DNA from: a virus
Lineage: Duplodnaviria; Caudoviricetes
Direction: 5' to 3' (one strand)
IMG/VR virus record: IMGVR_UViG_2930430511_000001
Span: 25,707-89,706 of that record
Length of the DNA stretch: 64,000 nt
Part shown: in pieces, positions 17,492 through 26,322 of the stretch
Layout of the letters: every line of letters starts with the position of its first letter
How positions within the stretch are numbered: the stretch's first letter is position 1
Position numbers and translations under genes: made by a program
The notes under the pieces: generated by a model
Databases searched by the model: none
Seen by the model: the letters and a program-made list of their open reading frames with translations, nothing else
What the model was told of the DNA's origin: nothing

Positions 17492-18456
17492 CGCGCGGCG
17501 GCCTGTTCCTGTGCCCACTCCACCCCGCGCCGCCACTGCTCCACCCGGGCCGGCAACGGCACCCACGGACCCGGCCCCTCCCACCGGCCCGCCAACGCCT
17601 CATTCAGACGCGCCATGCCCTTCGCGAAGCCCATCCGCAGACCCTGCGCCCGCAGCGGCAGGCCCGCCTCATACGTCTGATACACGCCCCCCACCGGGCG
17701 GGCACGGGCATGCACCGTCACCCACAACGCCCCATGATCCGCACCCTCAAGCCCCCCAACCAGCCGCTCACGCACCCGCAGCCATCGCCGCAACGCCACC
17801 ACCGTCCCCGGACGCAACGGCACACGCTCCTCACGCCGCCGCCCCGACCCCTGGCGATGCCACACCGCATCCACCCACGGATCGCCCTCATCCAGACTCA
17901 CGTCCTCCACCCGGCGCGTCACCAAATCCCCCGACCGCATCCGCGAATCCAACACCAGCCCCGCACACGCCAACGACCGCGCCATCAGCGCACTCCCCGC
18001 CGCATCCGCGTCCACCAGCCGCCTGTACAGCAACTCCAACTGCTCCTGCCCGGCCACAGGCGCGAGGTCGAGGCGCTCCCGGTACACCTGCGGCACCGTC
18101 ACCTCCACCCCCACCTCCTCCCCGAGGATCACCAGGCAGTCCCGCAGCATCCCCAGCGACGACCACGACAGCGGCGTACCCACCGCCGCCGGATTCCGCC
18201 TGTCCCGGAACGTCCCCTGACTGGCAAGCTCGAGGAACGCGTCCACGCTCTCCGGCGCCAGCAGGGCCTGCACCGACCGGCCGCACCGCTCCGGCATCCC
18301 GCTATCCCCCGTGGCCAGCTCCAGCTGCCGCAGAGTTGCCCGCAGCTGCCTGGCCCGCGACCGTGACACCAGCCGGCCCCGCCGCAGCGGCGGCCGCACC
18401 TCCCACAGCCCCGGGTCCCGCGGCGCCACCCGCTCCACGACGTTCTCCAGCCGCAC
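17488..18456 (-). CDS. Tyrosine-recombinase-like protein, apparently lacking the C-terminal catalytic residues
   Basis: LVLDSRMRSGDL box I and VPL...ALRRWL...LWV fold motifs; no H-x-x-R or Tyr box; start approximate. Confidence 0.6.
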   Translation of the reverse strand: MRLENVVERVAPRDPGLWEVRPPLRRGRLVSRSRARQLRATLRQLELATGDSGMPERCGRSVQALLAPESVDAFLELASQGTFRDRRNPAAVGTPLSWSSLGMLRDCLVILGEEVGVEVTVPQVYRERLDLAPVAGQEQLELLYRRLVDADAAGSALMARSLACAGLVLDSRMRSGDLVTRRVEDVSLDEGDPWVDAVWHRQGSGRRREERVPLRPGTVVALRRWLRVRERLVGGLEGADHGALWVTVHARARPVGGVYQTYEAGLPLRAQGLRMGFAKGMARLNEALAGRWEGPGPWVPLPARVEQWRRGVEWAQEQAAAR

Positions 18457-18482
18457 AATGCCCCGCGGACTCCGCTCAGCGC

Positions 18483-19547
18483 TCACAGCCCGATCCCGAT
18501 CAGCGCGTTGTCCTGCTCGTCCCACTGGTCCACGATCTGCATGTACCCGTCCAGCACCTTCGACCCTTCCTTGTGCCCCGTGATCGCGGCGATGGCCTTC
18601 CGGTCCTTGCCGGCCCGCCGCGCCTCCGTCGCCAGCCCGGAGCGCACTGAGTGGCCAGTGAACAGCACCTCGATGTCCGCGCGCAGCCCAGCCGCGGTGA
18701 TGAGGTCCCCGGCGCGCTGCGGGGTGAGGCCCTGCGGCTGCACGGCGCCGGTGTGGTGGATGCGGCGGAACGCGTGCCGGTCCGGGTCGGCGATCTGCGC
18801 GGCCTCCTGCCACGCCTTCCAGGCCCGCACTGGGCAGGTGGCCGGGTTGGTGCCGTACGGGACAGGTACGGTCCGCGGGTCGGTCTTCGATACGCGAACG
18901 TCGACCAGGAGACCGTTGTCGTCATCGCGGATGTTCCGCAGGCGCAGCCCAGCGAGCTCGGCGCGGCGTGCGGCGATGGAGAACCCGAGGAGCAGCATGG
19001 CCTGGTCGCGGAGGCCGAAGATGTCGGTGTCGCACTTCGACACGATCAGCCGCAGTGAGTCCAGGCGCATCGCCGGGGCCTTCCCGCGGCCCCGGGCGGG
19101 TTCCTCCGCTTCCTCGGCCTTCTTGCGGTAGTCCTTCAGCAACTCGCGGGCGGCCTTGGTCGCTTCGGGGTCCACCACGACGCTGTACTGCTGCCGCAGG
19201 GTCACGGTGACGCCGGCGAGCTTGCGGTCGATGGTGGAGTAGGCGCGCTTCTCCCGGTTCCACAGGTAGTCGACGAAGGCGCGGAGGGTGCCGCGGGTGG
19301 CGGCGGTGGTGGGGATCTGGAGCTGGGTGCAGAACGCGGTCCAGGTCTTCCAGTCCGCGGCGTAGGAGCGGGTGGTGTTGTCGGGGCGCTGGTTCTGGGC
19401 ATGCTCGTCGGACGCGGCATCGAGTGCGGCGAGGCGTGCGCGAAGGTCCTCGTCGAACTCGGCGGGCAGTAGCGAGCGTACGGTGGGCAGGTGGTCGACG
19501 TCGATCAGTCTGGCGTCGACCACCTGCCCGTCAGCCTCCGAGTTCAT
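18483..19547 (-). CDS. Cre/TnpS-like tyrosine recombinase (resolvase)
   Basis: NTTRSYAADW; RDQAMLLLGFSIAARRAEL (R); SKT (K); GHSVRSG (H-x-x-R); TGH; GY; start uncertain (19523-19574). Confidence 0.9.
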   Translation of the reverse strand: MNSEADGQVVDARLIDVDHLPTVRSLLPAEFDEDLRARLAALDAASDEHAQNQRPDNTTRSYAADWKTWTAFCTQLQIPTTAATRGTLRAFVDYLWNREKRAYSTIDRKLAGVTVTLRQQYSVVVDPEATKAARELLKDYRKKAEEAEEPARGRGKAPAMRLDSLRLIVSKCDTDIFGLRDQAMLLLGFSIAARRAELAGLRLRNIRDDDNGLLVDVRVSKTDPRTVPVPYGTNPATCPVRAWKAWQEAAQIADPDRHAFRRIHHTGAVQPQGLTPQRAGDLITAAGLRADIEVLFTGHSVRSGLATEARRAGKDRKAIAAITGHKEGSKVLDGYMQIVDQWDEQDNALIGIGL

Positions 19548-19987
19548 CACGGAACGCACGGGTGCGCTCTTCACGGGCCTGAACCTCGGCCTTCACCGCT
19601 TCGTCCTTCAACTGGTCAATGGGGTGCAGCAGTTTCCCGGCTCGGTACTGTTGGGCGAATGCCACGGCAGCGGTGGCGACCTTCTGGCCGTCCAAGTCGC
19701 TTCCGGTGAACCGCGTGAACGGCTCGCCGCCGTCGGGGTCGTCCTCGGTCTCTTGGAGACGCCGCTCAAGTCGCTCCAGGTACCGGCGGACATCAGCAGC
19801 CTTCTCCCACGCGTACAAGTCGCTCCAGGTACCGGCGGACATCAGCAGCCTTCTCCCACGCGTAGCGGATGTTGCCATCCTCCATGGCGCTCGCGAGACG
19901 CCCAAAGAGGTCGAGTGCTCCGACGTACTCCTCGGCCAGGTTGTTCTCCGGAGTGCTGCCACCCAGCAGTTCGTACAGGTCCGCCAT
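19531..19987 (-). pseudogene. Hypothetical gene upstream of recombinase, frameshifted by a 49-bp tandem duplication
   Basis: Exact repeat 19767-19815/19816-19864; removing one copy joins ORFs 19793-19987 and 19531-19962 into one 135-aa ORF. Confidence 0.8.
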
Positions 19988-20004
19988 GATCGCTCCTCAA
20001 GTCA

Positions 20005-20036
20005 TGATCCTTGATATGTGAGCTTATCCCGCATCA
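20005..20036. promoter_or_regulatory. Candidate tyrosine-recombinase crossover site
   Basis: TGATCCTTGATAT-GTGAGC-TTATCCCGCATCA, imperfect 13-6-13 dyad directly upstream of recombinase operon. Confidence 0.4.
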
Positions 20037-20183
20037 GACGCAAGATCAGGAGACCGTTGCCCCAGCCGAGTGGGGCCCACCCTCGGCCAACCGGAGGCGT
20101 ACTGCCATTTGTTCGCCCAGATCGATCCTAAGCGTGGGCCCCTTTAACGGCGGATCGGCACCTCACCTCCCAAGTCAACCCGA

Positions 20184-20235
20184 ATCCTTGGATTACACCC
20201 TTGCCTTGCATCCAAGGATCGCTATCATGGGTGCA
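20184..20235 (+). promoter_or_regulatory. Promoter for small-gene array (probably leaderless) with dyad operator
   Basis: ATCCTTGGAT-N16-ATCCAAGGAT; TTGCCT...TATCAT, with the ATG at 20235 lying 7 nt after the -10 and no RBS. Confidence 0.5.
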
Positions 20236-20477
20236 TGGAGACCAATCAGACCCACGCCGAACCCGCCGTACAGGGCAGTCACTTCTGGTTCGCGACCATC
20301 ACGGTCCCGAACGCCCAGGGCTACTGGATGAACGGATACCAGGGCACCCTCACCCCGCCGCCGGGGGCTACGCGGCTCGACATGTTCAATGCCATTCGCG
20401 CGGAGATCGACGAACGGGACCCCCGCGCTCGGGGTGGCCTCATGACGACCTTCGACATCCAGCCCAACCAGTTCTGA
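20235..20477 (+). CDS. Small hypothetical protein (array gene 1)
   Basis: Clean 80-aa ORF. Confidence 0.65.
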   Translation: METNQTHAEPAVQGSHFWFATITVPNAQGYWMNGYQGTLTPPPGATRLDMFNAIRAEIDERDPRARGGLMTTFDIQPNQF

Positions 20478-20489
20478 GGATCGCGCACC

Positions 20490-20795
20490 ATGACGGACAG
20501 CACGAAGAAGCCCCGCCTCCTCCCCACCGGCAACTGCTGGTGCGGCTGCGGCAAAGAAGTCGGCCTCGGCAAGTTCTTCGCCGCCGGCCACGACAAAGCC
20601 GCCGAAGCAGCCCTCATCGCCGTCAAGTACGGCGGCTCCGTACCCGAATTCCTCCACGCCCACGGCTACGGCCCCCAGCACTCCGTCAGCCACGCCGCCG
20701 TCGACGCGGGAGTCTGGACGAAGTGCCAGCACTGCGACTACATGGGCGCCGAGGCCAGCGTCCGCAACCACACCCGCAAGTACCACGAGCAGTGA
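20490..20795 (+). CDS. Small Cys/His zinc-binding protein (array gene 2)
   Basis: CWCGCG...FAAGHD and CQHC...H..H motifs. Confidence 0.7.
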   Translation: MTDSTKKPRLLPTGNCWCGCGKEVGLGKFFAAGHDKAAEAALIAVKYGGSVPEFLHAHGYGPQHSVSHAAVDAGVWTKCQHCDYMGAEASVRNHTRKYHEQ

Positions 20796-20806
20796 GGAGC
20801 ACGACC

Positions 20807-21133
20807 ATGCCCGAGCAGATGGCGCGCCTGAGCATCGACCACGTCGAGTACCTGCTGGCCGAAGAGATCGGCGCCGACGAAGTCACCTGGAACGCCGAGT
20901 TGATCGGCCTCTCCGGCTGGGACGGCAGCGACTTCGCGATGCTCGCCGTAGTCCGGGACGGGGAGCCGTGGACGTACCTGTCCGACGACATCGACTACGT
21001 GCGGATGCTTGACCAGGCTGGCACCGACGGTATCCCCGTCGAGCTGACGCACGACATCGCTGCCGCGAAGCTGCCCATCAACCGACCCGGCTGGCCGAGC
21101 GAGTGGATGCTCCAGGCCGCCACCCAACAGTGA
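20807..21133 (+). CDS. Small acidic hypothetical protein (array gene 3)
   Basis: Starts and ends within linker repeats. Confidence 0.7.
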   Translation: MPEQMARLSIDHVEYLLAEEIGADEVTWNAELIGLSGWDGSDFAMLAVVRDGEPWTYLSDDIDYVRMLDQAGTDGIPVELTHDIAAAKLPINRPGWPSEWMLQAATQQ

Positions 21134-21144
21134 GGAGCACGACC

Positions 21145-21369
21145 ATGCCCACCAAGCCCCGCAAGCCGTGGCGCGTCATCCTGACGCAGGGCGGGATTCA
21201 GCTCGTCGAAATCGAGCACACCAGTAAGGCCAAGGCATACGACCACGTCCGCATGGGACTCCGGTCCGGCGCCGACACCGCGCAGGTCATGCAGTGGGAG
21301 GGTGGCCGCTGGTGGCACTTCGAGACCGTCCGCTCCGACGAACTCCCCGACCAGCACGCCGAGCAGTGA
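21145..21369 (+). CDS. Small hypothetical protein (array gene 4)
   Basis: Starts and ends within linker repeats. Confidence 0.7.
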   Translation: MPTKPRKPWRVILTQGGIQLVEIEHTSKAKAYDHVRMGLRSGADTAQVMQWEGGRWWHFETVRSDELPDQHAEQ

Positions 21370-21380
21370 GGAGCACGACC

Positions 21381-21569
21381 ATGGCACGCGAGGAGATCGA
21401 AAAGAAGCAGCGACGCATCGAAGGGGCGGTGTACAGCGCGCTGAACACGTTCCAGCAGACTGCCGACTGGCCCCAGCTGCGGCTTGCTCAGATGCGGCAA
21501 CACCTTGCTGAACACATCGCACGAGAGCTAGCGTTTGCGCCTGCTGCTGACGAGGCGGACAAGCAGTGA
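21381..21569 (+). CDS. Small hypothetical protein (array gene 5)
   Basis: Starts in linker, ends CAG-TGA-GGA. Confidence 0.65.
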   Translation: MAREEIEKKQRRIEGAVYSALNTFQQTADWPQLRLAQMRQHLAEHIARELAFAPAADEADKQ

Positions 21570-21595
21570 GGACGCCTACGTACAGGGTAGATCAC

Positions 21596-21630
21596 GAAGG
21601 CCCCCGCGCCACCGAGGCGTTGGGGCCTTC
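21596..21630. terminator. Hairpin closing the small-gene array
   Basis: GAAGGCCCC...GGGGCCTTC. Confidence 0.6.
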
Positions 21631-21662
21631 CGTGTTGCTTGCGGGCCGCGAAGCGGCAGGTC

Positions 21663-21727
21663 GAAACCGCAGGTTAGTGGCTTGTGCAAGATCCCGTTAT
21701 TTAATTCCCAAAACTATAGGACAGGGG
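21663..21727 (-). repeat. Right copy of 65-bp inverted repeat (partner 11844-11908)
   Basis: ...GCAAGATCCCGTTATTTAATTCCCAAAACTATAGGACAGGGG. Confidence 0.9.
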
Positions 21728-21728
21728 T

Positions 21729-23594
21729 TTAGGCGGGGAGCGCCTCACGCCACGCCGCCACAATCCGCCGCGACAGATACACATGACCCGCATCCGTCGG
21801 ATGCACGTTGTCCCCGCCCACATAGCTCGCCGCGTTGCCCGACGTGATGAACGCCCCGTGCGTCGCCAGCAGCGTCCCCGACCCGTCGTACACCGCGCCC
21901 GTCAAAGGCGACACGAACGGGAGCCCCGCCGCGGCAGCCTGTGTGCGCAGCGTTGTGTCCGTGTTCGTGATCGACCCGGCCGGGCTCGCTGTCGGCGCCC
22001 AACAACCGAGCACCAGTACCTGACATGAGGGCAACCCGGTCTTCACCGCGGAGAACAGCGACGCCGCAGCCGAACCGATCGACGACTGGCTGCCCGTGTT
22101 GTCGTTGTACCCGCCCCAGATCACCAACCTGGTCGGCGCCCACCCGACCACGTCCGCGGCCACCCGGTCCCCGAACGTCGCGTACGCGCCCGGCGTGATG
22201 TACCCCGTACCGCCCCGGCCCTCATCCCACGCATCCGTGCACCCCAGCAGCCGCGCTGCGCGATGGAACCAGGTGCCAGCGCCCCCACCCGTGTTCATGG
22301 CGGAGCCGTCCGAGATGCTGTCGCCAAGGACCATCAGCCGGCCGCCCCGCGGCGGGACGCGCCACATCGTCGCAGACGGCGGCAGGTACACCCCGCCGAA
22401 CGGGACCGTGTAGAAGTCCAACCGGATCGCCCGCGGAGCGGCGCTGCCCAGGTCAATCGTCATCAGGTGGGTGCTGCCCGCGGTGGTGCCTCCCACCGAA
22501 GTCATCAGGTCAGCGACCTTGCGGCCGTCGATGTTCAGCCGGTACAGCCCCGCCGTCTGGTAGTTAAAGCGGAGCTGGAACGTCTGCGCATCGGTTCCGA
22601 ACTCCACCGACCAGACAGCTTGAGAGCTGGTCAGCGTGCCGCGAGTGTTGGGGTAACGGGACGTCGGCAAGATGTAGGTGGAGTCCGGCGTGCCCGTGCC
22701 GACCTGGAAGGCTCCGGCGCCGAGGTAACTGAACGGTCCGGTCACGTCGGATCCGCTGAGGGTGACGCCGGCTGGCGCGTACTTGATGTAGCCGGACGTG
22801 GGCGTGCTGGTCTGCGCCACACTGATGGCCGGTGCGGAGCCCGCGTACACAGCGTCAGCGACGACCGGGTCAGGCAGGTCGCGGCGTCGCCATGCGGTGG
22901 CTACCGGGCCCTGAGGTCCGGTAGCGCCAGTCGCTCCCGTGGCACCAGCCGGCCCCTGTGGGCCCGTTGCGCCAGTAGCGCCGGTAGCTCCGGTTGGACC
23001 TTGGGGCCCTGTGTCTCCAGTGTCGCCCTTCGGCCCTTGCGGCCCCTGGTCGCCTGGCTCGCCCTGCGGCCCCTGTGCGCCGTCCGCGCCCGCAGGCCCA
23101 GCCGGCCCGGTCGGTCCGGTCGCGCCCTGAGGTCCGGCATCGCCCGTGTCGCCCTTCGGGCCAGCCGGCCCCGTCGCCCCAGTGGCGCCCGGTTCGCCCT
23201 GGGGCCCCACAGGCCCAGCCGCGTAGACGATCGTGGACGTGCCCGTCGGCGTGCCCGGGATGTCGACGCGCAGATCCCCCAGCCAGTACGGGCCACCAGT
23301 CTCCGGCACCACGATGTACGTGACGATCGGCGTGCCATCAAGAGCACGCCCCTCCATCACCGCCCACGCCGTATCCCCCGCGGCCGCAGAGACGCCCACG
23401 TTCGGCGTCAGGTCCATCTCCCACACGCCCGTGCCGTCCGGTGTGACGCTGACCGGGCCGACGATCTCCCCCGGCTCGGCCGCCACATAGCCGACAGCCC
23501 GCTCCCCCGCCATGTCCACCAGCGTCGCCGTCACCTGCACCCGCTGCGGGTCGGACAGGCCGAGCAGCTTGCCCTGCACCGTGGTCATCGCCAT
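21729..23594 (-). CDS. Collagen-repeat virion appendage with C-terminal SGNH/GDSL hydrolase
   Basis: (G-X-Y)n tract; GDSIS, GGTGY, GGYND, DNVHP blocks. Confidence 0.85.
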   Translation of the reverse strand: MAMTTVQGKLLGLSDPQRVQVTATLVDMAGERAVGYVAAEPGEIVGPVSVTPDGTGVWEMDLTPNVGVSAAAGDTAWAVMEGRALDGTPIVTYIVVPETGGPYWLGDLRVDIPGTPTGTSTIVYAAGPVGPQGEPGATGATGPAGPKGDTGDAGPQGATGPTGPAGPAGADGAQGPQGEPGDQGPQGPKGDTGDTGPQGPTGATGATGATGPQGPAGATGATGATGPQGPVATAWRRRDLPDPVVADAVYAGSAPAISVAQTSTPTSGYIKYAPAGVTLSGSDVTGPFSYLGAGAFQVGTGTPDSTYILPTSRYPNTRGTLTSSQAVWSVEFGTDAQTFQLRFNYQTAGLYRLNIDGRKVADLMTSVGGTTAGSTHLMTIDLGSAAPRAIRLDFYTVPFGGVYLPPSATMWRVPPRGGRLMVLGDSISDGSAMNTGGGAGTWFHRAARLLGCTDAWDEGRGGTGYITPGAYATFGDRVAADVVGWAPTRLVIWGGYNDNTGSQSSIGSAAASLFSAVKTGLPSCQVLVLGCWAPTASPAGSITNTDTTLRTQAAAAGLPFVSPLTGAVYDGSGTLLATHGAFITSGNAASYVGGDNVHPTDAGHVYLSRRIVAAWREALPA

Positions 23595-23600
23595 CTCCTG

Positions 23601-24278
23601 TCAGTACCTTCTGCGGTCCGGCGCCAAGCCGAGCAGCCTGTCGCCCTGCTTGTTGTCCGTGGGCGTGGGGGTTGGCTTTGGGTCAGGCGCGCCATCGCGG
23701 CGGCATACCAACGCGTCCGGGTCATAGCTGGGGGCCTGCGGTGAGTAGCCGTCCGGGCATGTCGCCCCCGCCTCGCCAGGCTCACCCCGCTCCCCCTTGT
23801 CGCCCTTCTCCCCGCGCTCCCCCTGCGGGCCCTGCGGTCCCGGAGGTCCTGCGGCGCCATCCCTGCCGTCCGAACCCCTCGCCCCATCGGAGCCGTTCAA
23901 GCCCGCGGGCCCCGGGGAGCCGTCGGTGCCGTCAGTGCCGTCTTTGCCGGGCGGGCCCGAAGGGCCGCTCTTCCCGTCCTTGCCGTCCGATCCGTCATCG
24001 CCTGCCGAACCGTTTCTGCCGTCCTTGCCTGGAGGGCCCGACGGGCCGATGTCGCCCGGCCCGCCGCGCGATCCCGGCGGGCCGGCCACGGGTGTCGCGC
24101 CCAGGCCCTGTACCTGCGCAGCGAGCTGGTCGCGCGCCTCGTTCGCGTCGGACAACTGTCGCGACAGGAGCAGAAACCCCGTCACAACGGCGGCCAGCGC
24201 CATGGCGGCGACGATCGCGCCGGCCGCAGCCAGGTAATCGCCCCTCCGCCGCTCCTTGCGAATTTGTGCCCGGCTCAT
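23601..24278 (-). CDS. Membrane-anchored collagen-like protein of lysis cassette
   Basis: N-terminal TM, coiled coil, (G-X-Y)n, CPDGY...C end. Confidence 0.75.
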   Translation of the reverse strand: MSRAQIRKERRRGDYLAAAGAIVAAMALAAVVTGFLLLSRQLSDANEARDQLAAQVQGLGATPVAGPPGSRGGPGDIGPSGPPGKDGRNGSAGDDGSDGKDGKSGPSGPPGKDGTDGTDGSPGPAGLNGSDGARGSDGRDGAAGPPGPQGPQGERGEKGDKGERGEPGEAGATCPDGYSPQAPSYDPDALVCRRDGAPDPKPTPTPTDNKQGDRLLGLAPDRRRY

Positions 24279-24589
24279 GCTCCCGCTCCTCGCAGCATCA
24301 CAATCAGGGGGAGCACGATGCCGATGAGCGGGACGATGACCGAGGCGACCATCCAGCGGCGGGTCTGCGTGACGCGCTCGGCGTCCCGCTCCCGCTGCGC
24401 CTGAAGGGCTTCGACCACCTTGGCCACATCCGCTATCTCCTTGACCAGCCCGGCCTTCTCTACCGTGTACACGTCGTTGGAGACCATGCGATCCAGCCGG
24501 GCGTTAATCCCCGCCATGTCGTCGCGGATATCGCCCCGAAGGGCCTGGATGAGCCGCCCCAGCTCTCCCAGAGACGGCTCATCGGCCAT
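24275..24589 (-). CDS. Membrane protein of lysis cassette
   Basis: MADEPSLGELGR..., coiled coil, C-terminal TM. Confidence 0.7.
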   Translation of the reverse strand: MADEPSLGELGRLIQALRGDIRDDMAGINARLDRMVSNDVYTVEKAGLVKEIADVAKVVEALQAQRERDAERVTQTRRWMVASVIVPLIGIVLPLIVMLRGAGA

Positions 24590-24618
24590 GTCGTGCTCCG
24601 AAGTGGGGTGTAAGCCGG

Positions 24619-24984
24619 TCAAGACACCGGATTGACGGGACGCTTCACAGCGGACGCCGGAACCGGTGCGGTGACCCGGTCGCGGACCAGCCAGAAGTGA
24701 GCGAGGACCGTCACGAGCGCCATGGCAGCGGCCTGCTTGTCCGCGGACCAGCCGAGTCCAAGGTTCATGCCAAGTGCGATTCCGGCCTGCGCAAACCCGG
24801 TCAGGGCGGCGATGACGCCGTCTCCCACCTGGAAGGCAAGGATGAGGCCTATTGCAGCGGCTGCCACGGCGTTGACGGCGGTCTGCGTGTCCGCATCGAC
24901 CTTTAGGCCGAAAGCAGACACGAACTGGACGATCACGGCCACCAGGCCGAGGATTGCGGACGGCTCGCGGCCGAGGATCTTCAC
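24619..24984 (-). CDS. Holin
   Basis: MKILGREP start, four hydrophobic segments, R-x-x-VT-x-P tail; follows endolysin. Confidence 0.8.
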   Translation of the reverse strand: MKILGREPSAILGLVAVIVQFVSAFGLKVDADTQTAVNAVAAAAIGLILAFQVGDGVIAALTGFAQAGIALGMNLGLGWSADKQAAAMALVTVLAHFWLVRDRVTAPVPASAVKRPVNPVS

Positions 24985-25008
24985 GATGTTCTCCGATGGG
25001 TTGAGTGG

Positions 25009-26322
25009 TTAGACCTTGGGAACCTTGAGAGCTGCCCACGACTTCGCGCCGGGGATGCCGTCAGCTGCCGATCCGGAGTACCCGAGCTTGCGTTGAAAAG
25101 CCGCGTAACTGGCCTTGTCAGCGTTGGTCCAGTTCGGGCCGGGGCCGTTTCGGTACCTTCCGCATCCCTCGGCGACGAGCCGGCGGCCCATGGCCGTAAT
25201 CACGGGACTGTGTCGTCCGCCGTGGAAGAAGCCGCTGCCGGGGAACGGCTCGTAGGTCGGGGAGCTGGGCTTGCTGGTCGCACCCGGCATCTTCAGCTTC
25301 TGTCCCACGGACAGCTTGTCGGCGTCCTTCAGTCCGTTGAGGGATACGAGCTTGGCGACGGTCGTCTTGTACCGGGAGGCGATCGAGGAGAGCGTGTCGC
25401 CCTTCTTCACCGTGTACGTCGTGGTGCTGGTACCGCTGTCCGTCGACCCTGTGTCGCCACCGCCGGGCGCCTTGCCGGGGACCTTGGCGATGTCGATCGC
25501 TCCCGGATCTCCGTGATCATTGCCAGGGACTTGCGAGTGGCCGTAGTGCCCGGCCTTCTCCTGCCAGATCGACCGGGAACGGGAGGAGCTGCCGCTCGGG
25601 TAGGCCGGCGGCTTGCCCGCGGGCCAGGTGTCGGGGATACCCCAGGCGCGGCCGGCGGCGAGGAGCTTGCGGAAGTTCGGCTTCTTCGCCGGGTCGAAGC
25701 CATTCGTCCACGGCGTGGCGGCGCGACCGAGTACCTCGACCTGGATGTTGACCTTGCCCTCGCGGTTCGTACGGCGGGCACCGTCGTTGCGCAACGCCCG
25801 GCCGGACTGGATGAGCGGGCCGAACTGCCCGAGCCTGTCGTTCGTGGGGTCGTAGATGACCTGCGGTTCCGCGCCGACCCGCACCAGGTAGGAGCCGATC
25901 GACGTCAGGTAGCTGCCGCCGGCCGGGGACTCCGTGGTGTGCCAGGTGAACCGCGGGCCGGATTCGGGGTGGTCCATGGCGCCGCCGATGGACTGGTCGC
26001 CGATCCGGACCGCGCCGGATATGTACGCCGGGCCGGACGCCTGCCGAGGCATGCTCTCCTCGGCCGGGCCAGGGTCGGGCTGACGGACCTCGAACGGCTC
26101 GGCGTCGACCGGCACGTACACGTCCAGGTCACCGTCATCCCGCAGGACGCAGAACGATCCGGCCTGCCGCGGGTGCTCCTTGACGAAGCGGGGGCTGTCG
26201 TCGAGGGCTGCGATGGCACGGACCTCATCCACGTGCGCCTGGTCGACGGTGCCGAGGTAGGTGGTCGTAGTCTCGCCGGTCTCGGCATCGAGGCTGTCGA
26301 CGGCGACGTGGTACTCGGTCAT
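25009..26322 (-). CDS. Endolysin: amidase + LysM + peptidoglycan-binding domain
   Basis: [22 protein letters not shown] zinc amidase; [13 protein letters not shown] LysM; ADGIPG PG-binding. Confidence 0.9.
   Translation of the reverse strand: MTEYHVAVDSLDAETGETTTTYLGTVDQAHVDEVRAIAALDDSPRFVKEHPRQAGSFCVLRDDGDLDVYVPVDAEPFEVRQPDPGPAEESMPRQASGPAYISGAVRIGDQSIGGAMDHPESGPRFTWHTTESPAGGSYLTSIGSYLVRVGAEPQVIYDPTNDRLGQFGPLIQSGRALRNDGARRTNREGKVNIQVEVLGRAATPWTNGFDPAKKPNFRKLLAAGRAWGIPDTWPAGKPPAYPSGSSSRSRSIWQEKAGHYGHSQVPGNDHGDPGAIDIAKVPGKAPGGGDTGSTDSGTSTTTYTVKKGDTLSSIASRYKTTVAKLVSLNGLKDADKLSVGQKLKMPGATSKPSSPTYEPFPGSGFFHGGRHSPVITAMGRRLVAEGCGRYRNGPGPNWTNADKASYAAFQRKLGYSGSAADGIPGAKSWAALKVPKV

Larger units (their letters stand above)
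20790..21383 (+). repeat. Three exact 20-bp intergenic linkers CAGTGAGGAGCACGACCATG
   Basis: Copies at 20790-20809, 21128-21147, 21364-21383; degenerate copies at 20475-20492 and 21564-21572. Confidence 0.9.

Noticed and set aside
18483-19547. Prophage integrase with attL/attR
   Set aside because: Cre-like with no arm-binding N-terminus; no tRNA or host boundary visible, and parAB/rep imply plasmid maintenance
20790-21383. CRISPR array
   Set aside because: Repeats are 20 bp with 216-318 bp protein-coding intervals; no cas genes in window
11844-21727. Tn3/Tn7-type transposon ends (CCCC/GGGG, TGT...ACA)
   Set aside because: GGGG faces the wrong way for Tn3, no target-site duplication, no DDE transposase
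22910-24090. Tandem DNA repeats as VNTR or phase-variation tracts
   Set aside because: Explained by collagen G-X-Y coding
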